From NCBI GenBank assembly GCA_035084275.1, contig CM068750.1, positions 7,440,001 through 7,504,000 on the forward strand: 64,000 bases of DNA, written 5' to 3'. Below the pieces are notes generated by a model. That model searched no databases and was not told where the DNA came from. It saw only the letters and a program-made list of their open reading frames with translations. Position numbers and translations under genes: made by a program. This document shows positions 1-12,600 of this stretch, piece by piece. How positions within the stretch are numbered: position 1 is the stretch's first letter; every line of letters begins with the position of its first letter. The DNA is from Hydrolagus colliei (lineage: Eukaryota).

Positions 1-500
1 TTCACTGCCTAGTCCCAGATCTATTTTGGATCAGTAAGAATCCAAGCTATTGGGGTGTTATGGATAGATATGGTGCTGAGGCTTTGTTAGAAGGTAAGCC
101 AGAAGGAACATATCTGCTCAGAGACTCGGCCCAAGAGGACTATCTGTTCTCTGTCAGTTTCAGACGTTATAGCCGCTCCCTCCATGCCAGAATTGAACAA
201 TGGAATTACAATTTCAGTTTTGATGCTCATGATCCCTGTGTCTTTCATGCACCTAGTGTAACTGGTCTCTTGGAGCATTACAAAGACCCAAATTCCTGTA
301 TGTTCTTTGAGCCGCTGCTGTCACTTCCACTGAACAGGACCTTTCCCTTTTCACTTCAGCACCTCTGCAGAGCTGTAATTTGCAGCTACACTACCTATGA
401 TGGCATTCATAGTCTTTCCGTGCCACCAGCAATGAAAAGTTACTTGAAGGAATACCACTACAAACAAAAAGTTCGAGTGTTCAGGTGCGATGAACTGTAG
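1..500 (+). CDS. SOCS4: Suppressor of cytokine signaling 4/5 family, 5'-partial (SH2 + SOCS box), most like SOCS4
   Basis: Frame open from position 3: [66 protein letters not shown]...[12 protein letters not shown]...[22 protein letters not shown], PLLSxPL, LQH and MKxYLKE fit SOCS4 better than SOCS5 as I recall them. M60 is internal. Confidence 0.8.
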   Translation, partial: HCLVPDLFWISKNPSYWGVMDRYGAEALLEGKPEGTYLLRDSAQEDYLFSVSFRRYSRSLHARIEQWNYNFSFDAHDPCVFHAPSVTGLLEHYKDPNSCMFFEPLLSLPLNRTFPFSLQHLCRAVICSYTTYDGIHSLSVPPAMKSYLKEYHYKQKVRVFRCDEL

Positions 501-2417
501 TGATAACGTGGATCAGCAGAAAACCAATGGCCTACAATAAATTCAAATTTGTAAAGCACCATAAACATCACTAATCCATAAAGAAATTAGTTAATGTTTG
601 TCTTAAATAGAAGTTTACTGGCACAGTATTTTGATAAGATACTTTTTATGGACTGTTTACTTTAACATTATTCTCTATTGTATTCAAACATTCCCACTTG
701 ATTTCCTTTTCTTTACAGCAGTGCATTTAAAACTGCTTTACTTTGTCAGACAAAATATTTATTTGACTTTTTCTCATGACACTCAGCTCTTATGGTTTTA
801 CCTAAAACAGGACTTTGTCATTTCATCCATCTGAAAACCAAGTGTATTTGCATTTGATCTCAAGATTAAACATTTCTAAAGTCAATTCAAAACATCAAAG
901 AATTGAATGTATAACCATAATTTTATTTGCACTGTTTTTATACTTTTCCAAATGTATTAATCCATAATTTGTAGAGCTCGACAAGTGTAACAAAATACAA
1001 TACGAATGTAACCTGGGTTATTGCACTGTTACTTTCAAATTCATTTTACATGAGTAAAAACTAACAAAATGCTGTTGTTTGAAGTCTGTTTTATACAATA
1101 ATGCAGTTTAGAAATGTATTCTTAACTTTCTAATAACAAATCTAACAATTTAGTATCAACTGATCTCAAAAGAAATAACCAAAGGTTGATTAGAAATCAA
1201 GCCAGAGGATGACAAAAAGACTAACCAGGAACTACATCTGAGCAGCAGGAAATGGTCAGTGGGTCAGAATACTGACCAAATAAAACTTAAAACATATGTG
1301 GAAGGATGCAGCTGAAAAGAAAGGAAATGGAACTGAAGTCTAAATTAGAATATTTAAAGCAAGACAGTAAACAGCTGGAAAGTAGAGAGAATCTTTGTTC
1401 ATTTACAGAGTTAAAGTAAGAAGTCTCATTTTTTTTTGGTCAGGTGAGGGGCGGACACAGAAATGTATCACCATAGTTTTCAAACCGGACAAAATTTACA
1501 TATATGGAAATTTCCCTGTCTGGAATGAAATGCAGTCTCTCCCCAGAGACACACACAGTGCTTATCTTATTCCATAATGTCAAATTTAATAACTCCTTTA
1601 CAAGAAGTTAATTAATAATTTAATAAGTATATTCTTTACTCACTTTGCTTAAAGGATTGTTTGAAATCACATGGGCTCCCAAACAATCTTTTTGTCTCTG
1701 AGGAGTACAATAAACTAGATGTATGCTTCCAAATTTAACATTGGAATTTGTAACTGGATTGCTCAATAAGCAACAAAGACAATAAGGGAATTACTTCGTC
1801 CTGACTCATGGAAACCCACCTTGGAACATAGACGCTGTCAGAGCAGAATTCCCCCCAAGTCATGCTCATATACTTCCGATTTTCTTATTAAAGAATCAAG
1901 TTAGAAAATGGCCACATTCTGATTCCCATTAAAATTTTAGGAAAGTTTCATTGTTAAATACAGCATTGCTAGTATTCAATCAAAAACGATATGTGGCATC
2001 CAGATTGAAAACAAACTACCAACTGACAAATGGAATACACCATGGAAGGCTTACAAAGAGTGCAAGGGGCTGACTCACAAGTGCTCAAATCAAGTTCTTA
2101 TTCAGAAGATTCTGTTTTTGGAGACAATCTATACTTAACTGCTGCAGACCACCCTTGTAAACAAAAGTGCATTACAGGGTGTACTAAATGGATGGTTGTG
2201 CTGAAGTAATGCTACCAATTTTAATAAACAAAACATTGTAACTAACTTAAGTTTGAAGAATTCCATCATTGCACCACCACCACCACACCCATCCCTACCC
2301 CCACATAGAATTATATACAAAAGTCTTTGGTGTAACTTTCCTAAAATGCATAGATACACATTTTTCTACTTTCAACATACAAAAAATGGCTTGACTGAAG
2401 CATTTTTATCATTCATC

Positions 2418-2690
2418 CAACAACAACAACAAAATTACATTTGTATAGCCTTTCATGTTGGGAGGACGTCCCAAGGCGCTGGACAGAGCGTTTCAGACCT
2501 GAGATGGGCACAGGATCTGGGAGGGTGTGGGAAAGGAAGGGGAGGTGACCAATGGCACCATTGAAGAGGAGGGTTTTGAAGTGGATAGGGAGTGGGTGAG
2601 GCAGAGGGATTGCAGAATGGAATTACAGAGGTTAGCGACAGAGTGGCTGGGAGTGAAAATCAGCACAGTAGTAAATGTATGCAGAGTGAG
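2418..2690 (-). mobile_element. L2 (LINE2) 3' fragment
   Basis: (CAA)n tail followed by aaattacatttgtatagcctttcatgttgggaggacgtcccaaggcgctg; same tail as the coding L2 fragment at 58440-58993. Confidence 0.7.
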
Positions 2691-3430
2691 ACAATCTGAC
2701 TTGATCAAGTTTGCTGTTGGCTGACGGTCCAGTTCTGCTTATTTCAGAAATGGATAATTACTTTTAATAATTAAGGCAAGGGCTCAGTTATGAAAATGGC
2801 TTTGTATGAAAGTGGAAGCTTTTGGATAGTCTTGCGGAGTTGGATTATACAGCATTGTTTCCTATATTCTTAAATAATATCCAGAAGATAAAATATATAG
2901 AAAGCAAAGGATACAAAATGTAAATTACAATTTCTTAACCAATCTCAGTATATATATTTGAAACAATAATCCAATCTCAGAAGGAATTGAGGCTTTCATC
3001 ATAAAATGCATTTACAGAGAAGTTAATGTTCTTCACTGATACTCCAGCTGTCCTTGTGTTGGGTGAATTATCTATTAATAACATTCTGAGAACTTCCCAG
3101 TATTGCCTAATGAACAGTATGTCTCTGTGCTAAGTGAATGTGACATGTGAACATTCAGTGTTTAGGGAAATTCCCATATAAATGAACTTCATCTTAATCG
3201 ATTTCCAGCATGATCCACTGTTCCAATCACTCAGAAATAAAGTTGATTTAAGTTATTAAATAATGCAGCTGTATTAGTGCACCCTAGCTGTGAAACATAA
3301 TGAAATAAGAACACTTAAGAATCATTCTAAATCGTTATGGAATACATTTTGCAAGAGATTAATTTTCTGCAGGCTTTTAGAGCTGAAAGGGTGATGTTGC
3401 TTGATCTGTAAGTGTAATTATTCCATGATA

Positions 3431-3724
3431 CTGTATATCCCATTAGAAATATCCGACCATGTGTTCCACAGTAACCCCAGTTCTTAACATTCTACAAGCA
3501 TTATTAGGCACTGGGTCGAGATCAGAAGAAAAGTGCACAATTTAAAATGAATTACAATAGACACATATGTGAAAATGGACTGTCCAAAAAGGAGATAGAA
3601 TAAGATTGGGACACCAACGTCTATTGGGAATTGGACAGCTTCTTGGTAACGGAAGTAGATTATAGTGGTAGATTGGCTTTTCACTGCAGAACATTTCTGA
3701 GGTTATTTCCAATGGGATATACTT
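3431..3724. mobile_element. MITE / non-autonomous Tc1-mariner/pogo-type DNA transposon
   Basis: About 42-bp imperfect terminal inverted repeats (gtatatcccattagaaata vs tatttccaatgggatatac), flanked by TA at 3429-30 and 3725-26. Confidence 0.65.
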
Positions 3725-4229
3725 TAATCGCAGAGCAGATCAAGCCGCTTCACGCTTCCATCTTTAAAAGCATGCAGAAAATTAACCTCAGATTGGCTTG
3801 TTGGTAAAGGAAACAGATTGTAGTATGGCAGATTGGGTTTCTTGGTAAAGGAAGTATAGTACATTGTAGTACTATAGAATGTACAGTAGATTGAGGGGTA
3901 AGAGAGAGACTTGCGCATGTGATTTTTAAAAATCTTTGGGGCTGGTCAGATGTACGTGATAGTCTTTCCTGTTTGTTTCTAGATTCGCTCACGATTATTG
4001 AAAATATTGCATTAGTTTAACTCATTTACTGCATATGTGCTCCAATCGAGCATCTATTATTTGCTCTGGCTGATTGTTTATATTGACTGAAAGACATGCT
4101 GAAAATCTAGTTAAAACTGAATTGTGTATTTGCTACCTAGTGGGCAATGCAAGTCACTAAACTTACAATGAGAGTTTCTATTTGGGACTTGTTTCTACAC
4201 TAAATGTAAATTTAAAGATTTACTTTATT

Positions 4230-4490
4230 GAGTGAAGGGAGCAGAGTAAACCCCAGGTTCTTTCAAAATGTTACAAGGAATGGGGGGAGAAACAACATTG
4301 GCCTGAGGGGTGGGGGAAGAAGAAAAAATCATAGAGCCTCTGCTTCTGAGACCACTGCTGGAATATGAACCTGTGTGGATGCCTGGTGAGAACAAAATCG
4401 AGTTCAGTTGAACCCTGCTGCTGAAATAGTCTGCCGACACTCGCCCTCAAGGCTCACACACAAAAAAATGATGAACGGCAGAGGGGCAGA
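4230..4490 (+). mobile_element. Old SINE-like family B copy
   Basis: tgctggaatatgaacctgtgtggatgcctggtgagaac block matches the reverse-complemented blocks at about 7160-7215 and 28190-28240. Confidence 0.5.
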
Positions 4491-4867
4491 GCCTGGAGAA
4501 GAATATGCCAGCATGAGCTGGGAACACATGCTGTGTTTACTAATATTGCTGTGTGAACATTTGCGCTCAGTTGTGTCAAAATTAAGGGTTTAATTGATTC
4601 AATGTGATTTACTGTGTTCATGAAGGTATTGAAAGCAATGGACAATTGCTGCAATAAGTACAGTCCACCAATTGTATCAAAGAATGATACCCATTTAATA
4701 TGAATGACATGATTATAGTGTACCACAATGTACCAACATACATAATACTGCACAACATAATTTTAACACTAATTCATATGTGTAAACTTTCTACATCACA
4801 ATATAATCTGATCTGGTTATTTATTGATTTTTACAAACACATATCTTTTGGATACATTTACATGTAT

Positions 4868-5638
4868 AAGAACCTGGCAGATTATTTTTTAGAAGGGGAG
4901 AGACTAAATAGTGTTAGCGTTCAGAGGGACTTGGGTGTCCTTGTACACCTGTCACAATAAGTTAGTCTGCAGGTACAGCAAGCAACTAGGAAGGCTAATG
5001 GTATGTTGCCATTCATTATAAAAGGGTTGGAATATAAGAGTAGGGAAGTCTTGCTGCAGCTGTATAAGGCCCTGGTGAGACTGCACCTAGAATATTGTAT
5101 CCAGTTTTGGTCTCCTTATTTAAGAAAGGATGTACTCAACTTGGAGGGGGTACAGCGTAGATTCACTAGGTTGGTACCTGGGATGAGGGGGATGAGTTAT
5201 GAGGTTGAGCAATCTAGGCCTATATTCTCTAGAATATAGAAGAACCAGAGGTGATCTTACAGAAACCTATAAGATTATTAAGAGGCAAGACAGAGTAGAT
5301 AGTGGACGACTATTTCCCCTGGTTGGAGAAACTATAACCAGGGGTCACACTCTTAAAATCAGGAGTCAGCCTTTTCACACAGAGTTGAGAAAAACGTCTT
5401 CACTCAGAGGGTAGTGAATTTATAGAATTCTCTACCCCAAAGGGCTGTAGATGCCTCAATCGTTGAACATATTCAAGACTGAGATCGATAGATTTCTTGT
5501 GGATAAAGGAATTAAGGGATACGGGGATAAGGCGGGTAGGTGGAGTTAGAATAGATGAGCCATGATCTTATTGAATGGCAGGGCAGGTTCGAGGGGCTGA
5601 ATGGCCTACTCTTGCTCCTAATTCTTATGTTCTTATGT
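4868..5638 (+). mobile_element. CR1-type LINE, 5'-truncated, frameshifted RT C-terminus plus 3' UTR
   Basis: QRDLGVLVH, KGLEYKSREVLLQLYKALVRLHLEYCIQFWSPYLRKD...VQRRFTRLVPGM, LGLYSLEYRRTRGDL...TRGHTLK; tail ttcttatgttcttatg; possible TSD atgtat. Confidence 0.92.
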
Positions 5639-6560
5639 ATTCTGATAGGCCCTCACACCACTCTATCAATGAGCAAATGCCACTTAAGAGTAAATATTGA
5701 TTAGATTTTAGTCTGAATGTCAACTTAAAATGATCAATATTATAACTTGGTCTTGATACAAATAGCTATTCCTGTGTGAAGTACGCTATATAAATGCAAG
5801 TTATTGCCTGTTGTATAACAACGTATGATCACCAATTAGCATATGCACACTAAAAGCAGACAAGCTCCATCAGCACACATCATCCTTAAAATTTTGATAG
5901 AGAGCGTCAAAATGAGCAATTGAACCTCCTGTTGTCACACTTCACCTCAAATTACTTTTGAAGATCAACAATGCTATTTGAAATATTCTGACTACGAATG
6001 GAGCGGGATATTTTGGGAAGCAATTCTTAGGGTCCACACTCAAATCATACTTATGACATTGGTTTGCTTACATAACTGACAATCAATAAGCAGCAGAGAT
6101 CACTCAGCAGTGAGGCTTGCTGGAAACATACATTCAATGAAACATGTCCAGTTTGACAAGAAAAATTTACAGGCTTTTGTAAAAGCTATTGAGAGCACTA
6201 AAAGTTGAATCAGCGGCAAAACATTCGGCCTTTCCATTCGATGTTCAATTTGGTACATTTGGTAGTTACAAAATAACTAAAATCATTTATAAAAATGTTA
6301 GCATATCAGATAGCTTTGCCTCGTCCCATTTCCTCTTCGCATCCCATTAATTCAGCACGACTGCTTGGTTTGTTTCAAAGATCTGCTCTCAGCAGGAACA
6401 TGGGATGAAAACTGGTGACGAGCAAGCTAAATGGACTTTGTGAGGTATCAGAGAAGGTAATTGGCAAATCACACCTCACAGAATTTCATGCCATCAAGCA
6501 TAGATTTTTTTTCTTCTGTTTCGCTCAATCACTGCTAAATAAGGCAAATGCTGGTTTTTT

Positions 6561-6688
6561 TCAAGGAAGATTGTGAAGTGGGTTTTCAAAATACAGTGGA
6601 GTGGATTCTGGCAACCTTTGGTGATAATACTTTCTACTTACAAGGAGCAGTATAAACATTTCCAGAATCTTTGCATGGTGATCTATTT
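6561..6688 (-). CDS. OST-alpha-like exon 7 (last coding)
   Basis: tacag|AA ATA GAT: (Q)IDHHAKILEMFILLLVSRKYYHQRLPESTPLYFENPLHNLP*; phase 1 matches exon 6. Confidence 0.88.
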
Positions 6689-9600
6689 CTGTAGATAAAT
6701 GATAGGCAAGTTATTGGAAGGAAATGATAAAAAAAATCTCAAAATATCTGATTGCTGACATAGTAATTAAACAAACTGACATGGATGAGATTATCATCAC
6801 AATGTAGAATTAGCAACAATTTGTATAGCGTTTTTCTTATACAGTGGGAGGACATCTTAAAGTGCTTCACTCAACCGAAAGGGGAAAATAGATGAACATT
6901 GCAGGAATGATTGCCTGGAATTATTTGAACAGGAATAGTTGGGCTGGAGAATATTTATCACATTTATAGAAGTGCAGAATGCAATGCCAGTAATAGGGAC
7001 TGCGGGGAGGTGCCAAGATAAACAACATCCCACATATTTCCTGTTAACTGAGAATGGAACATTCCAGCCTCATCATGTTAAAATACCCTGCCGGCCTTCA
7101 TTGTTCAGGTTCACACCAAGAATGGGGAGTAAATTTGAGCAACCAAAGCATCACGACAAAGCCTAATCCTGTCTTTATCTGACATCTGCATGGGAAAATG
7201 TTCCAGCAAGGATCAATTGATAACAGCCATGGGCAGGACCTCTCTTGGGTTGTAAGGTTTTTTCAACTTTCCCGGTTGAGATCAGCTAATTCAGCACGGC
7301 TGGGGGGAGAATTGTGCTTTAAACCTGCTCTGTTTGGCTCATATTAGTTATGCTCTTTCTCCAGTGAGCTTCAAATCTGTATCTAAATATACTGCTTAAC
7401 AATATTTCAGAGGACAATCCTTATTCAACATTACAATTAGGTGGCAATTGTGTATCCTGCTGAAATCTAGATTCAAATTCTAAGTGTAACTATTGTATTT
7501 TGCTGCATACAAAGGACAATCTGATATCTGTACTGAGAAATTTGATATTGCTACAGTACCACAATACTTACGTAATGCTCTGTTTTTGGAGGAATACAGG
7601 GGTAAGCAAGGAATGACATTGTAAGTTGCAAGACTGCTCAGTATCAGTGGCTGAAGATTGCAAACAATGACGTAGACAATGATAATTGCATATTTAGCCA
7701 CAAGATGATATCCTGTTTCTGCAATGCCAATGGCTGCTTTCAGCAACAAGTTAAATGCATACAAGGATAAAACAGCAGACACATTCAGCAGAATCTTGAT
7801 GTAGAACAAGGGATCATTTAGATGTACCTGGAAAAGGAAGTTTCATTTATTAATATAGCTCAATCTTAAATTTCAAGCCTTGAGGGCCACTTCAGAATTA
7901 TTATCCAACATATATTCATTTATATACAACATATTTTATTATACAACGTATATTAATTCCCAGTACCTTGGGACATCTTCCTGACATGAAAGGCGCCCTT
8001 TTAATGTAATTTTGTTGTTGTTGTTCAGGAAAGTACAATATCTTTTTCTAGAATATATTGTAATTCATAAACTGATTTAAATAAAGTATAGTACATTTTG
8101 GTGTTTCTAAACTACACCATCAGTGAGAAGATACAAAGCCAAATATTTTACTAAATATGAAATAAGTAAAATATAAAGCATTACAAGAATTATATTAAAC
8201 TGGAAAGGATACTAATGATATATATTTTGCCAAAGTTGCACTTTATTCCAGGACCAAATTCAGGTATTCGAGGATCTAGTGGAATTTTAGATAATCATTA
8301 AGATTAGATTGTCAATTTTAGCATAGATTAATCATTCTGTTAGCACCCGAAGGTCATAAAACACAATGTAAACTTAATTTTGCTGAAGCTAGCAAAATTA
8401 AATCTGCTGATATAAATTAACCCCTTCGTGAATGAAATGAATTGCCTGAATTCTTGGATGTGAAAAAAAATACAGACCAGATTCAAAGTTACCTGTCCAT
8501 TATTATATTCGCCATCAGCCCATAGGATGGTAGAGATAAACTGGAGTAAAGGCTGCAGGGTCAATGCCTGCAAGATGCCAATTCGAAGGACTTTGTAAGC
8601 TTTTCTGTGGGACACATATCCCAAATAATGTTAATTATCAGAATTACATTTCTGGATTTACTTTCTAAAGTATCACACACAACCCACATTTCCTCTTTTA
8701 TGTGTTGCATAATTCCAGTCATCTTTATTTAGTTCATTGCTGATAGAATGGAATATCAGACATTGTGTAACAATAAATACTCCTTGCCTTTGATAAAATG
8801 CTTTTTACATCAGCAGGACTTCCTAAAGTGCTTGAATAGATTTACTAAAATGAGGCATAATTATGAAGCTTAAAAAAGCAATTTTATCAGGAGGATTTTT
8901 AGCCAGGACAGACAGAAGAAACTATCTTCTCTTTTTATACAGCACCACAGGATGTTTAACATCCAGTTGAATGTTACCCTGTGTGAAGGGCGCTATATAA
9001 TTGCATGTTGTTGTTGTTGATTAGTAGAAGGGACCTGAATTAAGTCTTTGCTTTGTGAACTACAAAACAAGTTCATTCATATAAAACATTAACCATGAAC
9101 CTGCAAATGTCATATGCAAATATTGTTTTATTCAATATTACATGATTGTACTTATTATCTTCATTTCAAATGATCCCAATGTTTTGTTACTCAGAGTGAA
9201 ATGTGATCCGGATAAATGACTAATATATTAAATATATGCAATTTGTTCTCAATTTTTAACCTTATATTTTATGAGTTTATACTTTTACAATTATTTTACT
9301 TGGTCGGATTCTCACATTTAATAAATAAGTACATAGTTCATCAAGAAAGACATGTAAGACACCAAGTCTTAAAAACCAGACATGCAAAGCATTTTCATAC
9401 AATTTATTGCTCACAGACAAAAAGGATCCTGGACCACTTGATATCTATGGGGAACAGTTTAAGGTAAGAATGACAGGATCAGTTTTATTCCTCTCTACAC
9501 TGTTTTGCTGGTGGCATCTCAATTTATCAGATTCCAAGAGTCCCACACAATGGATGAACTAAGACATCCACAATGAATGATTCATGGTTCACTGGACGTT

Positions 9601-12600
9601 AATTGAGCAAATAGAAAGCAATAAAGAAAAACACCATAGGATATAATAGCTACGTATTACATTGTTAAAAGAAATATGGCAATACTATACCTGCTTATTT
9701 TGACCTTTGGTAGGCAGGTACAACAGCAGCAGCAAGGTCCCAAATTTAATGGTGTATCCACATATTGCAGTTTATCAATAGCTTCAGTGACTCCTCCAAG
9801 GTAAGCAATAGTGAGGTGGAAGAAACCAAACAATGCTAAACTGGCATATCTAAATAGAGAAAGTCAGATTAGACATCAAAAATACATCCCTTATCAATGC
9901 AGTTATGCAAAGCATCTTTAATATACAATACAGTACGAGTAAGTGGAGTCCTGTAGCTCAGTGGTTAGAGGATTCGCCTCACAAGTGAGAGACCTGGGTT
10001 TGATTCCCAGCAGAGCGAAATATTGTGCAAGTTTCCTTACTCCACATGCCTCTGTTTACCTAGCAGTAAGTAGGAACCCAGTTGTTAGTTGATTGGCGGA
10101 ACGCTTTTCCGAGGGTCATAATTCATTTAATTATTCATTTTAATCCATGTCTGTTTGTGGGACACAGCTGTGTGCAATTGTCTGCCATGTTTCACCCACA
10201 AACTGTAGTCAATTCACTTTGCATATATTCTGTGAAGAATATATGACGCGATAAGGCACTATATGCAATGTAAGGATTAATATTATTACTGTATTATTAT
10301 TACGTTACTTACACTGCACTCACAAAGTCCACCAGGATTCCTGCTCTTGGAACAAACATCCCCAACTGATAAGCAACGGTAGTTACCTAAGAAAAAAAAG
10401 AGCAGAATTGTTTTCCTGAGATTGCTTTATCTCCTGTACTTTGTATTTATGTGAAGGTTCATAGAACCACAAACTTAAGCAGTGTTCGGCTGTGATAAAA
10501 ATCACCATGATGCCAACTGAACATCCTGTAAACTATGTCATTAAAGTGCGGGTGGGAGAAAGGAGTAGGAAGCAGTAGAGAAAGGAATCCCTGTACTAAA
10601 ACTACTGTTAGTCAACAACCAAAACAGTTCCACATGTTTAGGCCCTTTACACATAGAAATTTCCTAACATTGAATGGGATGTGCACTCTCTCCCTGTAGG
10701 GATGTATGTTTGTTTACCTAATTCTGGAGAGTGTTAGATACAGTTTGACAAGAGCCAAGATTTGGAGATCCCAGTGTGTGTGTGTGTGTGTGTGAGTGGT
10801 ATGTGTTAGGGTACTATTGGAGTACTAACAGCACATAGTTTGCAATTGAGAGCATAGCCTGGCAAGCCTCCTATCCATTAGGTCTTTGGCTCAACAAATG
10901 AGCTGACCGAGAGTGTACATCATGTAATGAGGTCTGCAATGTATCTTGATGGTTAAATTACAGTAATGGCAATAATAATAATCCTTGCATTTGATATAGC
11001 GCTTTTCATGTCTTCAAGATGTCTCAAAGCGCTTCACAGAATATACTGTAAAGTAAATTGACTGTACAGATGTGGGTGAAATGCAGCAGCCAATTGCGCA
11101 CAGCAGTATCCCACACACAGTCAGGGATTGAGTGACCAAATTATTATAGTTTTTTTTGAATGGTTTATTATTAAGCTTATGGAGTAAGGAAACTTGCCCA
11201 AGGTTTCGCCCTGACCTGCCTGGATTCGAAACACAGGTCTCTCGCTTGTAAGGCGAGTGCTCCAACCACTGAGCTACAGGATTCCACAATACAATACTTA
11301 CAGGAAATAAGGCCAGGACCACCATAGTTTTCTCCTTGATTAAAGTATTCAAGACATTGTTGTTCACATATATCCATAGCTCTATGAAGATGCAATAATT
11401 GGCAATTGCTACAGCATTGAGTACAACCATGACAGCAATTCCATCAGGTGTGAGGTCTAGAGTAAGAAGGGAATAAAAAGATACCAAATTCCTCTCAGTA
11501 TTATTTGAATTTCCATGAAAAGTGGAACATTAGCTGGCATTAGCAGTACAGTGATATCTGATAGTTAGAAATTACAAGGTAACAGTTTGTGATAGGATTT
11601 CACTCTGCCAGTATCTGCATGCATGTGTGTATCAATTGCATACAATTTAGTTCAGGAATTATACCACATTTCCATACAACTGATGCCATCCCTCTTCCCA
11701 ACCAACCTTTCTCTCTCAGGCTTCAAGTGATAAATTACAGCACCAGCTGTGTCTGGAACACTTTAAAATCAGTTCTAATGAAATCAGTTTCCAAGCAGTT
11801 TCTAAACTGACGCAGCCCAGATAACGCAACGTTCATCAAATGCACCTGCCTTTTTACAAACAGCACCCACAGCTCAGACATCTCATACACTCAAGCTGGG
11901 CTTTGGTCAGCCTTCAATGGCAGTAACATGAAACATTCTGAGCCAACTTGCAATATAAAAGTCGCATTGTTTGGGGTGCTCATAGTTTCTCGCTGGCTTG
12001 CCTTTGTCTTTATTTTCTGCTATCCCTGACTGGTTGCAACAGTGTTATTAACTGTGAGCTCCCATCACATCATGCTCAGCTGTTGGCAGAATATTAATGG
12101 CCTTTCACTGCTACAATTCCACGCATCTGACTTTCAGATATGACTTGTAGAGATATCCTCCCGACGAAAGGTGTTGTACAGATGTGATTTTATTGTAGTT
12201 GTTGTTGGAGAATACCCCCCCAGTTTGCCTTGAAGACAAGGCTTTGCAGAAACCTTTGGGGCTTCTTTGCCCCGCCGGTTTCGCTAAACTTCAAGCACAT
12301 GCTGCTCAGTTGACATTTCAACAACAAGAACAAAATTACATTTGTGTAGCGCCTTTCATGTTGGGAGGACATCCTCCAGTTGGTCAGTCAATGCTTTGTA
12401 TGCATTCTTCCCACTGAATTCCTGCTTTTCAATTCAAACTGTAAATATAAAATTGTCCTGCGCCCAAGCTCACAGTCCAGCTGTCTGATCCAAATTGTTG
12501 CACTGTGGATTAGAATTTGCCTTTTGGATGAGACATAAACACACGGTCTGTTTGTAGGTGGAAGTTAAAGATTCCCCGAATCAAAGATTCCATTCCAAAA

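Noticed and set aside
1307-1420. Short coiled-coil-like reading frame MQLKRKEMELKSKLEYLKQD...
   Set aside because: 37 codons, no splice signals linking it to anything, no recognisable family; probably 3' UTR or a decayed element.
11215-11286. tRNA-like sequence with a perfect anticodon arm CTCGC-CTTACAA-GCGAG (TAC; TGC in other copies)
   Set aside because: It is the head of a multi-copy SINE: no acceptor stem or poly-T terminator, the anticodon varies between copies, and it continues into the SINE body.
11644-11689. Alternative first exon for the OST-alpha-like gene (MASVVWKCGIIPELN, phase 1)
   Set aside because: Weak ATT|gtatgc donor; the 12821-12869 exon has a strong donor, an N-C-S sequon, a family-like pattern and CpG context. 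Minor use cannot be excluded.
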